A DNA stretch of 64,000 nt from Lama guanicoe (Eukaryota), in NCBI GenBank assembly GCA_013239625.1, contig MU053557.1, positions 813,063 through 877,062 on the forward strand. Reading direction: 5' to 3'. Positions 49,000 to 61,100 of the stretch are shown here, piece by piece; the first letter of the stretch is position 1; each line of letters opens with the position of its first letter. The notes under the pieces are model-generated. The model did no database searches, was not told the DNA's origin, and saw only the letters and a list, made by a program, of their open reading frames with translations. The translations under genes and the position numbers were made by a program.

Positions 49000-51900
49000 G
49001 AAGGGAGAAGGCGAAAGAATTCAGATTTCTTTATAGGTCTAACATCTTTTGCTAAAATGAGATTTCACTCTGGAACTTGTAGTTTTTCATTTCTTTCTAA
49101 TGGAAATGGAATCTTCCTGTGCGTGGTAGAAAGGAAAGCAGAGGGGTCTGGGATGACAATCCTTTTGACTCTCATTTTTCCAATAGCCTGTGGCCACTCT
49201 TGTGGTCTTTATGCTCTCCCAAGAAATAAATTTTTTTTTCTTTTAAAGTTCTGCTCAGCTAATATGGATGGTATGCCTGTAGCCTTTGTCACCACAATCT
49301 CTTCTGTGCTATGCTTTCCGCTGGAGACAGGTTCATTTTGACTCTACTTTCTTAGTTTCTACCCAATAAAGATAATGTGAAGCCTCCTTCTCGGGGGTTT
49401 TCACTTTGGGACTGTTCTTGTCTCCTGGTGCACACCGTTTTCTCTATCTCTCCCCAGCAATGATGCATTTACTTCAACACCACCTTAGGTCAGTTGTGTA
49501 GCCAACTTCAATTCTGCTTTGTCCTTGGCAAGAGCCTTGGCTGCATTCAGATGGGCCAGTCCAGGTTTTGTTAGGGAAGGCCTTCATTTAGAATCTCTTC
49601 ATCCACTTTCTGAAGTCTCATTTCTTCCCAGCTCATGGGATTCTTTGCCCAGCATTTTGAGCAGAGAGATATTATAGAGATTGCCTCAGTCCTTGGCTAA
49701 GGACCCAACAATAGTCGGAACAGCACGTGACCTCTGGCAAGTATCTTACCTTCTTGATATCTACACCAGTCTGCTCACAGTCTCTCCAAAATCATAGTTT
49801 CTTCTCTTTCCATGAGAATAGAATTTCAGCTGGAGCCTTCAATTGTGCATCTCTCTGCAGGTAAGAAGAGGAAAATGTCCTGTTTCTCACCCATGCAATG
49901 TATACCCGTGTGATAAAAAGCTACCTGCTTAAATGGAAAACGCTTGACCTGAATTTCCTCCCTTTCTCCTCTCCCATGATCAAGGACACATGTATGACAA
50001 TGCCTGCTAATTTTGCAGAAGAGGACAACATCCTAAGTGATAGTAGAACCACCGGATGGGTGGAGCCTGGTTACCGGAAAGGCTTATGGGGTAGCCTCTT
50101 CTATTGTGTGAGAGAAAGACAATCCTTATTTCAGTAATTGTATTTCTGTGTTTTTCCTGCAGAGAACTTTGCCTCCGTGTTCCTATCTGCAAATGGAGAG
50201 GTTGATGCCCAGGAGGCAGCTTCTAGGGCCAATGTTCTAGAAGTGCTGCATGAAGCCTTTTTTCTTAGCTAAACCTTCTTCATTCTGACTCATTTGTACT
50301 TTTTTCTTCTCTTATTATAGATTTTTCTTCCTTCTCTTGGGACATCTGGACCCCAGTACTCTTCCTTTCACTGATGATTTGACTTCCTGCTGCTTGATAG
50401 CTAACTCATTATAGTTTAATGTTTTCAAGCACATTCATTTTATACTGTTGGTATAAGAAGGTACAGTCTTTATCAAAAAGAAATATACTGCATACTTGTG
50501 CAAGGATATAGATAAAATGCTATAACCTTGGTAGTTGGGCTAGTGATTCTTTTATTGTGAGAGATTGGTTTTGCTGAGAAAATGATTTGATAGGACCTCC
50601 ACAGGGGAGAAATGAGCCTCTGGGTTCCAGGCATGAAACCAGCACCCACATTTCATGCAGAAGTAGAAAGTTACTCTGTGTAATACAGGACTAAGAGGAA
50701 GGAGGAGAGGGTTCTGGTTTACACAGGGAAAAGACGGGGAGATGAGTTAAGGACCCTGGTTTACAGAACAGCCAGAGAATCTTGAAAGAAGAATCATTAG
50801 CATAGATGTGTTTTCAGCTGAAATGCATTATGCAGTAGACTAAGAAGCCCTCCTGTGAGCCCTACTTTTTCAGTTAAAAAAAATCCTGCAATATTCTTGT
50901 TCTGTTTGGCTTTCTAGTGGAAGCTTGTTAAAAGGCTGGGTCGTATGTCAAGGTGAGATGTTGAAAGTCATAAACTGGAAATCGTCCTCTCACTGGCTCT
51001 TGTCACCAGAGAAGTAAAGCTGAGAGGTGGCTGGTGTTTTGGTGTGACCACAATGCTGTGCTCCTTGAACCATGCACAACTGGGCGATGTTTCTGTTAGC
51101 CCCTGAAGCTCGCAGAATCAATCCAGCAGGACATCCTTTATTGGAGGCTGGAGTATATACGTGCCCAGTCAGGTTTGGTACGACACTGGGTAGGGGGGTG
51201 GAGTTTGGGGAGTGTTTTCTCTGCTTCATGCAACTCATTTCATAACTCACTTCCCCAACAGGACGGTCATCTTAGCTCTCCGGTGTTGTCTGTCCTTCAT
51301 GGAGCCTTTCTCTGTTCAAGGAGAAAGATCTCCTGTTGAACTTTTTCTCTCTTTGTATTTTCCCCTGGGGTTCCTTGATCATCTTAACCATAACATAATC
51401 AAATTAAGTGTTTTTGGAGATCCTGGATATACCACACATAAGTGAAGTGGCCGGATGTCTGATTATAAAGAATGGTGAGGACTGTGGCAAGCTGGTGAAT
51501 TTATATCCTGGCTAAAGGATACAACTTATGCTCGACTCTAGTCAATTGCTACCTGGCAGGAAAGTTGGCTACGGTAGCCTGATCTGATTTTCAACAGAAT
51601 ATGGAAATGGGGAACTGTATGTAATACTACTTTTACTGCGCTGGAACCAGAGTTAATCCACAGTCCATCGATTTATAACCCTTGGTTTAAACCTTTCTTT
51701 TCTAAACTCACCCAACATGCCACACACATTTACAATTCTGCAAGTTGAGGAAGGGAGAGGAGAAGCCTCCCCTGGGTTTAGGCCTCCAGGAAGATTACCC
51801 AGAAGTCAGCCAGCCCTTTCATAGCACTAATGAATGAACATCCCGCCGACAAGCCTTGTACAGGCTATTGTACTAAGAGTGTTATCTCAGGTTCACTAAG

Positions 51901-54199
51901 TCCCCTGACTCAGGAATGAGTAGGGACATGGGAATGAGAACAGTAAGAACATGAGCCTCCATCCCTCCTCACCTGATACATCTTTCTTTCCACGGTGCCA
52001 GGGCTTTATGTGATTCACTGGGTAACTGTCTTTCCCATCTCTTTCTGCACAGTCTTTGTGGTTCTCACTTTCTTGCATTACACCTAGGGGAGTGTGTGGC
52101 GTGTGTGTGTGTGTGGCGGGTGTGGGTGGGTGGTGTATCCTCTCACATACATACATGACATTACCAAGAATCTCCTGGGGGACATTCATCCTGAAAAATA
52201 TAAAAAGAGCTTGAACACTCAGCATCTCTCAAGGTTTCTGTGCATAGTTTGGGCTTCTGAGAATGTTTTCATGAATTTCAAAGGGTGTGGTCTTCCCTCC
52301 TCTCTTGCTTTCCCTCTTCTTCTCCAGGGGAGGGAACACTTCTATCCCGGAGGCTGGGGCTGTGGGGAGCTGAGTCAGGGGAGCTCCGTTAGAGCTATAG
52401 GAAAAAAAAGTGTAGTGAAGAGTTGTAAAAAGAAAAAAAAGAACTTACAGCTAAGGAATTCCAGACACAGAAGTGAAATGAGAATGTTGTATATATGTAT
52501 AAGTCAATGTAGATTCAAGTAAAAAATACACCACATCGAGTTCTTGGTTTTGTCAGATTATTCATTGATAAGTGATTTATAGGATTTAAATCAATCTCAT
52601 TCTTTTTTATTTCTGATACCACATCTGAGCCATTACAAGCTCTTACTTATTCTACTGAAAACTTCTATCTGCTCATCCTAGAGTGGTTTTCATTACGGTA
52701 GTAAAGTTAAGAGGAGTAATTATTCCGTGTCACATGTGTGTAGATATGCTGTAGCCAATCTGCAGTGTTTTTTCTTTATTTTTTTAACAGCTTTGGAATC
52801 CAACTTTATTGGCGTTGTCATTTCTATGCCTTGGTTACTTTCATGTATAAGTTAAATAAGATATTTTAAGTGCATGAGAATCATCTCACATCAGTGGCAG
52901 CTTAACTTCATGAGGCTTAGCTCTGGTCGCGGCAGCAGAATAGACTTGTGTTTTTAAATTATTCAAGTAAATAGCTAACGTCCAAAGCATAGATTGAGCT
53001 GGACCAGCGTATTATTTGGCCCGTTCTGTCTGCTTCACTGCATATAGACACATGATTGCGTTGTCTTAGGTGACTTTTCACAATGCATTGATCCTAAACT
53101 AACACTCATCGTAGGAAAGGATGCAAGCGTCCATGAAATGGGATTCTGCTGTATTAATGCAGGCTTTCTCTTAGGTGCCTAGCTTCACAGTGAATATTCA
53201 TTTACCACCCATGGACGAGGGATACACACTTTGGGTATTGCCAGAAGAACTTTCCGCCCTTAGTATGTTTTGTGCTCAAAAGTAGATTCAGTTTATCGTA
53301 AAATGTTCAAGGCAGCTGCATGACTTTCACCACTACCTATCCATTTTTTTTTTCTTCTCCTGATTATTAGTTTTTCCCATTTTTATGACTACTCTGTGGC
53401 CATGTTCCTGGGGCATTTTCAATGATGACAACACGGTCACGTGAAGGAGGCTCTTTTGTTATTTAGGCTGTGTTTACACATCGGGCTGGACTTCAGATGA
53501 GGATTGGGGGATTAGTAAACAAAAAGATCTTTCGTGTCCTGGAAAAAGAGGGACTTACTTGAGATGGGCTTAGACTTGTCATGAGAGGAGTGTAGGTGTT
53601 CTCTAAGTAAGCTTTGTGACGGTGAGGGCCGTGAGAGAACGGAGCGCATTACTGAGGGAGGCTTTGGAGGATACTTTTGGAGAATATCTTCAAGGACATC
53701 ATCATGATAGATTAGAGACAAGGAGCTCATTAGAGATTCAGGGCGTGCTGCAATCCTAAATATAGTTACTTTATTTCCAAAGATAATACTGTTGACTATT
53801 TTTCAGACAGATTTCTTGGTGCAGGCATGACAGAAAATACCAATATGGGGCCATTCTCTCTCCCTTTTAAAGTTCCACACAGATAGCTCCTATAAAATGC
53901 ACTAAATAAGATTATCCATGCTTTTTCCCCTGTGGTTAGTGTCTGATACGGAGAATTTTAGTTAAAGTAAATCGGTGGTTGTAGCTTCAAATCCTCATCA
54001 CTGCATCATTGCGTCACTGCGATCAGAAATATGCCAAGGAAATTGTACTCAAATCAAACAATATGTTGATAAAAGAGTAAACCAACCACCCAAGAGTTTC
54101 CAGTGTTTAAATGTGCTATGTTATAAAAGTTGTCTGTATATTTACTTTTTCTCATTTTCTTTACATGCAAATTCTATGCCCCAGCGGTATGCCAGATAC

Positions 54200-54490
54200 A
54201 TGCATACTTGCTTTTGTGAATGTGTTTTGGGCTGTCTAGAATACCATTCACCATAACGTGGAATCCACCTTCAGAACCCAGTGCAGGCATCAGCAACTCC
54301 AGGAAGGCTCCCTGGATGCCATGCTCCTCTCCTCTGACATCGCACTTGGGCTCCTCTTCTTGGGCTTAGCTATATTTAGTTGCTCCAAGAAAAATGGCAG
54401 TTTATCTTACTCATATCCACATATGCAGCAGCTAACACCATGCCCAACAGGCGTAGACACACCGTAGCCAAGCAGCAAATGAACGAATGC
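54200..54490 (+). mobile_element. L2 LINE 3' end
   Basis: cttcagaacccagtgcaggcatcagcaactccaggaagg...tatcttactcatatcc...aacaccatgcc...caaatgaacgaatg. Confidence 0.55.
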
Positions 54491-55492
54491 TTATTCATGG
54501 GGGGACAAAGCATCTCTGTATCCACTGCAAGACCCTTCATGATCATGATGTCCAAGGTTCAGTCTCCTTGGTTCAAGAAAACAGGACTGTGATGATAAAG
54601 TCACCGCTGACTTCTCACATCACCTCATCCAACCTGTGTGTATCTTACACACTGTTCTGTACATTACTACCTTTGTGTTCCCGGCACTCAGAATTCTCCG
54701 GTTGGCAGCATCAGGTTGTTTTTCCCACTCTGCTCTGATAAAATGGGTTTGGCACTTTTCCGCTGCCTTCACCCTGCCGTATCTTACCCCTGCAGAGAAG
54801 CAGAAACCTGCGGATTCACTTTCCACAGATCAGTGGGGCCATTTCACCTTCCCTGGTGTCTCACAGATAAGTTTGACAAAAGCAGAAGAAATCACAGTTG
54901 ATGAGAACCTGGGGATCTCTTAAATGATAAATGAGGATTTAGAAAATTGCCCACCTTCGCTGTAAACTGCATTTGCTGGGCAAGTCGAGGAATTAAACTG
55001 CCGTCTTTCATCTCACGTGGCGGAGATTTCTCCGCAGTCGGAGCTGCCATCTTGACCTTTCTTCTCACATTTTGTTGAGTTATCCACTCCCCAGCTCAGC
55101 TTCTTCTGTTTGAAGTACTCAGATCTACCTTTTTTCCCTGGGACGGGTTACTTGTTTTCTCCCCAGCTTTTTCTCATGCCGTTGAGCTGCATCGTGTGTT
55201 AATAAGCTTTTTACTGTGCTAAATTGCTTTGTTTCTGTAGCTGATTAGAAGGCAAAAGGGCCCTAGAGGGTGAAGGGAAAAAAAAAAAGAAACATTTCGA
55301 AGTAATTAGAATGATTACAGCAGCTGAAAACACTGCTTTCCTAAAACAGCAATATTTTCTCAGGAGACTTTGTTTTTGTTGTTGTTTTGCAATAGCCCAT
55401 GAGGCTCCAGGATCAGTGCTTGCAAAGCACATGGTGGCTGGTAGGTCTTCATTATAGAACTGAAGGAGAGCCATGCATTAGAATTGTTCAAA

Positions 55493-55636
55493 GGGGGGAG
55501 GGTACAGCTCAGTGACAGAGTGCCTGCTTAGCAAGCACGAGGTCCTGGGTTCAATCCCCAGTATCTCCATTATAAATAAATAAATAAGCCTAATTTCCTC
55601 CTCCCCACAGAAAAATAAATAAATAAAAAATAATAA
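55493..55636 (+). mobile_element. Camelid tRNA-derived SINE (Vic-1-like), full length
   Basis: ggggggagggtacagctcagtgacagagtgcctgcttagcaagcacgaggtcctgggttcaatccccagtatctcc plus A-rich tail; degenerate TSD agaattgttcaaa / ataaatgctcaaa. Confidence 0.92.
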
Positions 55637-57174
55637 TAAATGCTCAAATACGTTAATGTGACCATCCAAGGGTCATCTTGCTCGTCTTGTATTTGGTTCC
55701 AGTTGCATCACCTGCCTTCAAGACCACCCGAGCTTGAAGCGTGGCAGCAGTTCTGAAGGGTGTGAAACACTGGGTTAAACACAATATTGTGATGACTATG
55801 TAAAAATCTACTCCTTAAAGGTGGTGAGTTGTAGACATCTCTGTGATAGAAAAAAACTAAAACAGCAAATAAATGTGGCAGCTATGATTTGACGGTTATG
55901 AAAAGCTGAATTTTCCTAGTGAAGGATTAGTTCTTCTGCAGTGAAGTGAATAACACTCTCCCCTCTAAGGTTTGAGTTTTCAAGGTGAGTAGAAGCCAGC
56001 GAACTGGAGATGGAGAGCCTGTGTGAGTCTCAGCCTTCTCTCTCGCTCCCCCACGCTGATCAGGTAGCCTAGGATGGCTCGTGTCTGAATGCATTCAAAC
56101 CTTTGCACAGCGGGTGTCCATCATTTCCTTGTAATGGACGCACTCATTTTAGGCCCTTTTCAGCATCCTTGAAGGTGGGAAAAGTTGGTAAGGAGGCAAA
56201 AGTAAGGCTTCAGAACTGGAGAATGAGGAAGAGGGTGGGAAAGGGGATTGGCCCGTTCATGCTTCAAATCTCCCTCTGTTGTCTCCATCACACGTGTTTT
56301 GCAAACAGCAGCACTGGCTGCGTTACTGCTGAACATACACCTCGCAATGAAGTTTTCAACTTAAATATATTTTCCAAGTAACTTTAAAATAAAACTTCAC
56401 TTGCAATTTACATCTTCCAACGTATATTTTCCAATTTGCTATCATACTAAGACAAAATATATTGAACAAAATATATCCTGATGACTCTGGGTGGGCTTTT
56501 ATAAATAGCCAGGAATTCTGCAGGCATTACCAATGTTTGCAGTGCTATTTATTTAAGAGACTGGATGCTACTAAACGAATGGATTTTTATGGTAATGGTG
56601 GCTTCCAGCTTTTTCTTTGTAATCATGAGCACTGGACGACTCTTTAAAGTTTTAAGATGGATAAATAGATAATAAAATGTGTAAAATTAAGTGACATATA
56701 AGTGAGAGTCAATGTAATTGTAGGATGGACTCTTTCATGGGACAAAGTGTAGACATTCTGTGTTGTCTACGTTGGCTGTTGAGACGTTCATTCCCTTTTG
56801 GATTCGTTGCTGGACGTCTGACCTTAGTGGGGCATTATAGTTTGTGTTTTGGCTAAAGGGAATATTGTCTCCAGCTGGGAACAAACAATCAGCAAACTCA
56901 TGAATCATAATTCCCTTCATAGTTCTCCGTAAATAATAATATATTATATGAGCATACTACCATTTGCCTTGATTATAGTTGTCACTGAAGGGAAATGTTG
57001 ATTGAGGCCGTAACCTTTCACTAAATTATAAGGCTCACAAGTCCAGAAAAATATTTTCATTTACTCACAGGTATGGATGACTTCGATGAAGACAATATAC
57101 ATAATATCAATAAGTCATTGAAATAGGTGATCAGGTAGATGGCATGTATTTGTTACTTGTTTTCCCATACTTAG

Positions 57175-57294
57175 CTTTTTTTTAGGGGGAAGTAATTGGG
57201 TTTATTGACTTATTTTTGGAGGAGGTACTGGGGATTGAACCTAGAACATTGCTCATGCTAAGCATGTGCTCTCCCACTTGAGCTATACCGCCCC
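57175..57294 (-). mobile_element. Camelid tRNA-derived SINE (Vic-1-like)
   Basis: ggaggtactggggattgaacc...catgctaagcatgtgctct...tgagctatacc; TSD cccatacttag 57164-57174 / cccatatttag 57295-57305. Confidence 0.9.
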
Positions 57295-57336
57295 CCCATA
57301 TTTAGTTTTAAATAGTCTTCAATAGTATACTTGGAG

Positions 57337-57589
57337 GGGGTGGGAAGGGATAGACTGAGAGTTCAAAATTTGTAGATACTGACAGGCATATGTAGAACAG
57401 ATAAACAAGATTGTACTGTATAGCACAGGGAAATATATACAGGATCTTGTGGTAGCTCACAGCAAAAAAAAATGTGACAATGAATATACGTTCATGTATA
57501 ACTGAAAAATTGTGCTTTACACTGGAATTTGACACAAGATTGTAAAATGAGTATAACTCAAAAAATGTTTAAAAAAATTTTTTTTAAAT
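57337..57589 (+). mobile_element. Young L1 3' UTR, 5'-truncated
   Basis: gggtgggaagggatagactg...actgtatagcacagggaaatatatac...tgtgacaatgaatata...actggaatttgacacaa.attgtaaaatga; TSD aatagtatacttggag 57321-57336 / aataatgtacttggag 57590-57605. Confidence 0.9.
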
Positions 57590-59159
57590 AATAATGTACT
57601 TGGAGTCAAGCCATAGGCATTTGTCTTTTGTTCCCTTCACATCCACTTCTACTTCTTCTGGGTGCAGCTCCCTGTTCTTATTTGGAATGTTATTCCACCT
57701 TCACTGACAATGGGTGGAATCGGATACATAAAATCCCCTTTCTTCCACATTAAATCCCTTTTTTTTTTCCCTCTAGACCTCTGCTTCGTGCCACTCCATC
57801 GCTATAAAATGCTTTCCTCTGCTTCCCATTCTCACAGTAGAAAACACGGCCACCATAAGCTCCCAAGTTCAGGTAGTGATTGTCCAGCCACCCAGAAGAG
57901 AGTGAATCAGCCTTTGATTCCAACCCCAAATTTGTAAGCATATAAATCTCTGGACCATTCAACTGTTTCATGAGTAGTGATCATATTGGAAAGAAATGTT
58001 GCTCCCACTCAAATCATGTAAGGATATGTCTGTGTTGGGAGGTGGGGACAGGTTCCCCCAAAGGGGAAGTGGTTCCCCAAAAGTGGGGTGTCCACCACTT
58101 CCTATGTGGGCCTGATAGTGACATCTGATTTAAAAAGACATCCAGGGTGCCTTTAATAAATTGGACATGCCATCTGTTCTTCCTTAAAAATATTACTGGT
58201 GGAGAGTGAGGCTGAGCTATCTAGTAATCATTGTTTAGGATTTTAAAGATTGTTCTTATAAGGTTTTCACAGCATCCAGCTGCCACGGAGAGATAGTAGT
58301 CCAGAAATGTGTACAGACAGAAAATGATGGAGTGGATATGTCTAGTGGATTGACAGGAAGACTGTTAAGAGCAAAGCAAGTACTTTTAATCTCTTCTCTT
58401 CTACAGAGCTGAATAACTGTTGACTTCTCCTCTCAGCTGATTGTAAGAGGCCCTCTGAATTGAGTATGTCTAGGATGTACCACACATATTCTGAATGGCA
58501 CTTCCAGCTGAAGCATCCCAGCTGCACGTCACCAACTCCAGCAAACCCCACATACCTTCATGAAGTTAGTGGCAGGAGGAATTTCTTGAGAGTATATTTC
58601 TGTATATTCTTAGGCATTGTAAAAAGCCTAGTGCTTGGTGATTTGAGATTGATGAATTTCCTCCTATTCTCAGGTAGTTATTGACCCCTCTGTGGTAGTG
58701 CTATGGTACCGTGGTCACACTGGTTCTCTTTCGTTTACATGACTTCTTACCTTGACTCTCTATTTGCTCTGCAGTCCATTGGAAACACTCAGTACCCATT
58801 TACAAAGTCAATGAATATGTGTGTTTACAAAAGGAACATATCTCTATCTTTTATATCTTCTAGATTTATTAGTTTAATGCAGTGCTTACACAAACCTTCT
58901 GTGAATACATAGGGGATGAAGGAAAAAAGGAGTGAAAGGAGACACATACCAATTCGCTTTTGAAGCTTTATTTGGAGGGTGGGGGAAGCCTCCCACCATT
59001 CCTCAAAGAAGTGGAAGTAATCACGGGAACTTGGACTACACTTGTTTGAGTCAATTAATGCACACGCACTTGGTAAACTATAAAGGTGTGTGACTGTTAC
59101 CACAAGGGGCAACTCCAAGCTCACGCCGACTAAATTAGCTTCCACCTGTAGAGCCCTTT

Positions 59160-59360
59160 GCAGAGCACTTTCATGTGTAACATCCCTGGCAGTCTTCTCA
59201 GCCACCTCATGAGGGTGCTATTTTGTTACGTCCACGTTACAGATGAAGAAACAGGTTCTTTGAGAGAAGATCATTGATTTGAGGTCACTTATTTAATAGT
59301 GAAGTCAAGGTACAAGCTCTGTTTTTCTGAATCTAAGTCTGAACTCCTTCTTCTACACTA
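59160..59360 (-). mobile_element. MIR SINE
   Basis: agcactttcatg...gtcttctcagccacctcatgagg...ttacagatgaagaaacagg...gaggtcac. Confidence 0.65.
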
Positions 59361-59653
59361 GGACAAATGTCCCAGGGTAATAATCTGTTTTAATGAGTAA
59401 TGATGCTTCTTACTTATTCAAAATGTAAAGAAGTAATTGGGTACTCTTCTGCTTCAACAGAAAGGAAGTCATCCAGTCCCCAGGTTTTGGAGCTATGCCT
59501 GAGCCCTGGGCTAGGCATGGAGGTCTCTGGCGAGAGCTGAAGTATTAAAGAGTTGAGGAGTGTGAGAATTTCAGTCAGTCACATGAGTGACTGCGTAGAT
59601 GAAGCTTTTAAGGTAGATTTCTTCACACTTGAAACATGACCCAGCAAGAGCTT

Positions 59654-59670
59654 TGCCACCAGGTGGACGT
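59654..59670 (+). promoter_or_regulatory. CTCF-like motif (sequence match only)
   Basis: tgccaccaggtggacgt matches CCASYAGRKGG exactly; the following GCRS end of the core diverges. Confidence 0.3.
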
Positions 59671-59983
59671 AACTCTTCAGTCCATCCTATAAGGGACAGG
59701 TGTTTACCAACAGCCGTCTGCATTAGGAATTCATTGGTGACCTCTCTCCCTTTATTTAACCAATAAGCAGTTCTGGAGTCAGAGAGGTTTAATAACTTGC
59801 CTAAGGACACAGTGTTAGTAAGCAGCAAAGCTAGCATTTCTACTCTCCATTAGTTGCTCTCACTTTTTTCAGGCCAAATGTTACATAGAACACATTATTT
59901 ATTATTAATCAGGAAACAAAAAAAAGTCAAATTTCAACTTCAGAGCAAGCTTTTAAAATAAATGAACTTTTTATGTATCACTG

Positions 59984-60481
59984 TGTCGACTGAAATAAAA
60001 ACACAACCTAAAAGTGGAGAGTTATGTTTTATTTGGTGGACATTTCTGAGGGCTCGAATCCCTTCGAGCCCAGGATGACAGCCTCCCAGATCGCTCTGAG
60101 GGACTGCTGCAAAGAAGTAGGGGAGGAGCCAGGATATATTGGAGTTTTACGACAAGGACCAGGTCAGCAGAACATGAAAAGGTTACTCGGTAACTGAAGA
60201 AAACCAGGCATCTCAAGTTAAAGAATTTAGCACTTTTCTATGTATGGAAGGAAGCAAACATTTGGGCTCATTGAATTCATTCCTTTGACAAGCATCTAGC
60301 TATCTAGGGCCAGTATCCTGTCCTTTCTTATTCTGAGTCCCCTCAGGGTGCACCATTGTGAGCGGCTGCAGGGGCCGGGCTGCAGGTTTGTCTTCACTGG
60401 GGGGTGGCGGCAGCCGCTGATGACTTGATGCTCTCAACAGTCTTTGTTTACCAGTATGGTTTACAGTATTTTTCATTCATA
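59984..60481 (-). mobile_element. ERV1 solo LTR, MER41-like, CpG-retaining
   Basis: Begins tgtcgactgaaa (LTR 3' end, antisense); AATAAA on the minus strand near 60027-60032; perfect 4-bp TSD actg 59980-59983 / 60482-60485; collinear with the reverse complement of 13115-13625. Confidence 0.85.
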
Positions 60482-60824
60482 ACTGCTTTCCTTTCATTAC
60501 CAATCTTCATCTTTTCCTTTATTAATTCACTCTGAATATTATCTTGGATTTAATACACTTTCTTGAGATTTTTTTATCCTCAACTTTAGTCTTACTTGAG
60601 AATTGGATGTTATAGAATATGATAATGCAGAAAACTTCCGTTTTAACCCTAGAACTGTAATTTATGCAGTCTCAACTCTCATGCCAACCATAGGAAGGTC
60701 TTCATTTACATTCTCAGCCCTCATGATCTGGAGGAGAATGAATCTGTCTCTAGGCTATTTATTTAGCCTATTATTCCATCTCCTCTTCCGAGCCATGCTG
60801 AGAGGCAGCAACATGGGGAAAATA

Positions 60825-61100
60825 TTTATTCATTCAACAAATGATTATCAGATGCCTACAGTGTTTGAGGTGCCCTGTTCAAGACATAGGAAATACATCA
60901 GTGACCTACACTAAGACCTTGCTCTCATGAAATTTTCATTCTGGTAGATAAAATAGGTAAGAATATATGCATACATACGTGTGTGAACGTGTGTAACTGT
61001 ATATCTGAGTATCTGCAGAGAGTAAATGCTGTAGAGATGAAGAAAGCGAAGCAAGAGTGATGACTAATGGATGGATGTGGGTATTCCATACAGGTCATCA
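60825..61100 (-). mobile_element. L2 LINE 3' end
   Basis: atttattcattcaacaaatgattat...tgccta...atacatcagtga...ccttgctctcatgaaa...cattctgg. Confidence 0.7.

Noticed and set aside
52094..52522. Longest ORF in the track (142 aa)
   Set aside because: It has a non-ATG start in a GT microsatellite, includes poly-A-derived lysines, and shows no domain features.
53512..53730. Minus-strand 72-aa ORF with an internal GTAAGT donor
   Set aside because: Weak upstream acceptor, no recognisable homology, and opposite to the inferred transcription direction.
12880..57130. Other short plus-strand AG...GT pairs (12880-12924, about 28362-28378, 44053-44090, 49830-49860, 57071 onward)
   Set aside because: Short, at least one weak splice signal each and no recognisable peptide; expected by chance in 64 kb.
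35191..57294. tRNA genes at 35191, 55493, 57175 (and 18145)
   Set aside because: A and B boxes are present, but the copies share a non-tRNA tail and A-rich end, and three have TSDs; they are SINEs.
13115..60481. The two related LTRs as the ends of one provirus
   Set aside because: Opposite orientations, 46 kb apart, separate TSDs (acat/acgt versus actg) and no gag/pol/env between them.
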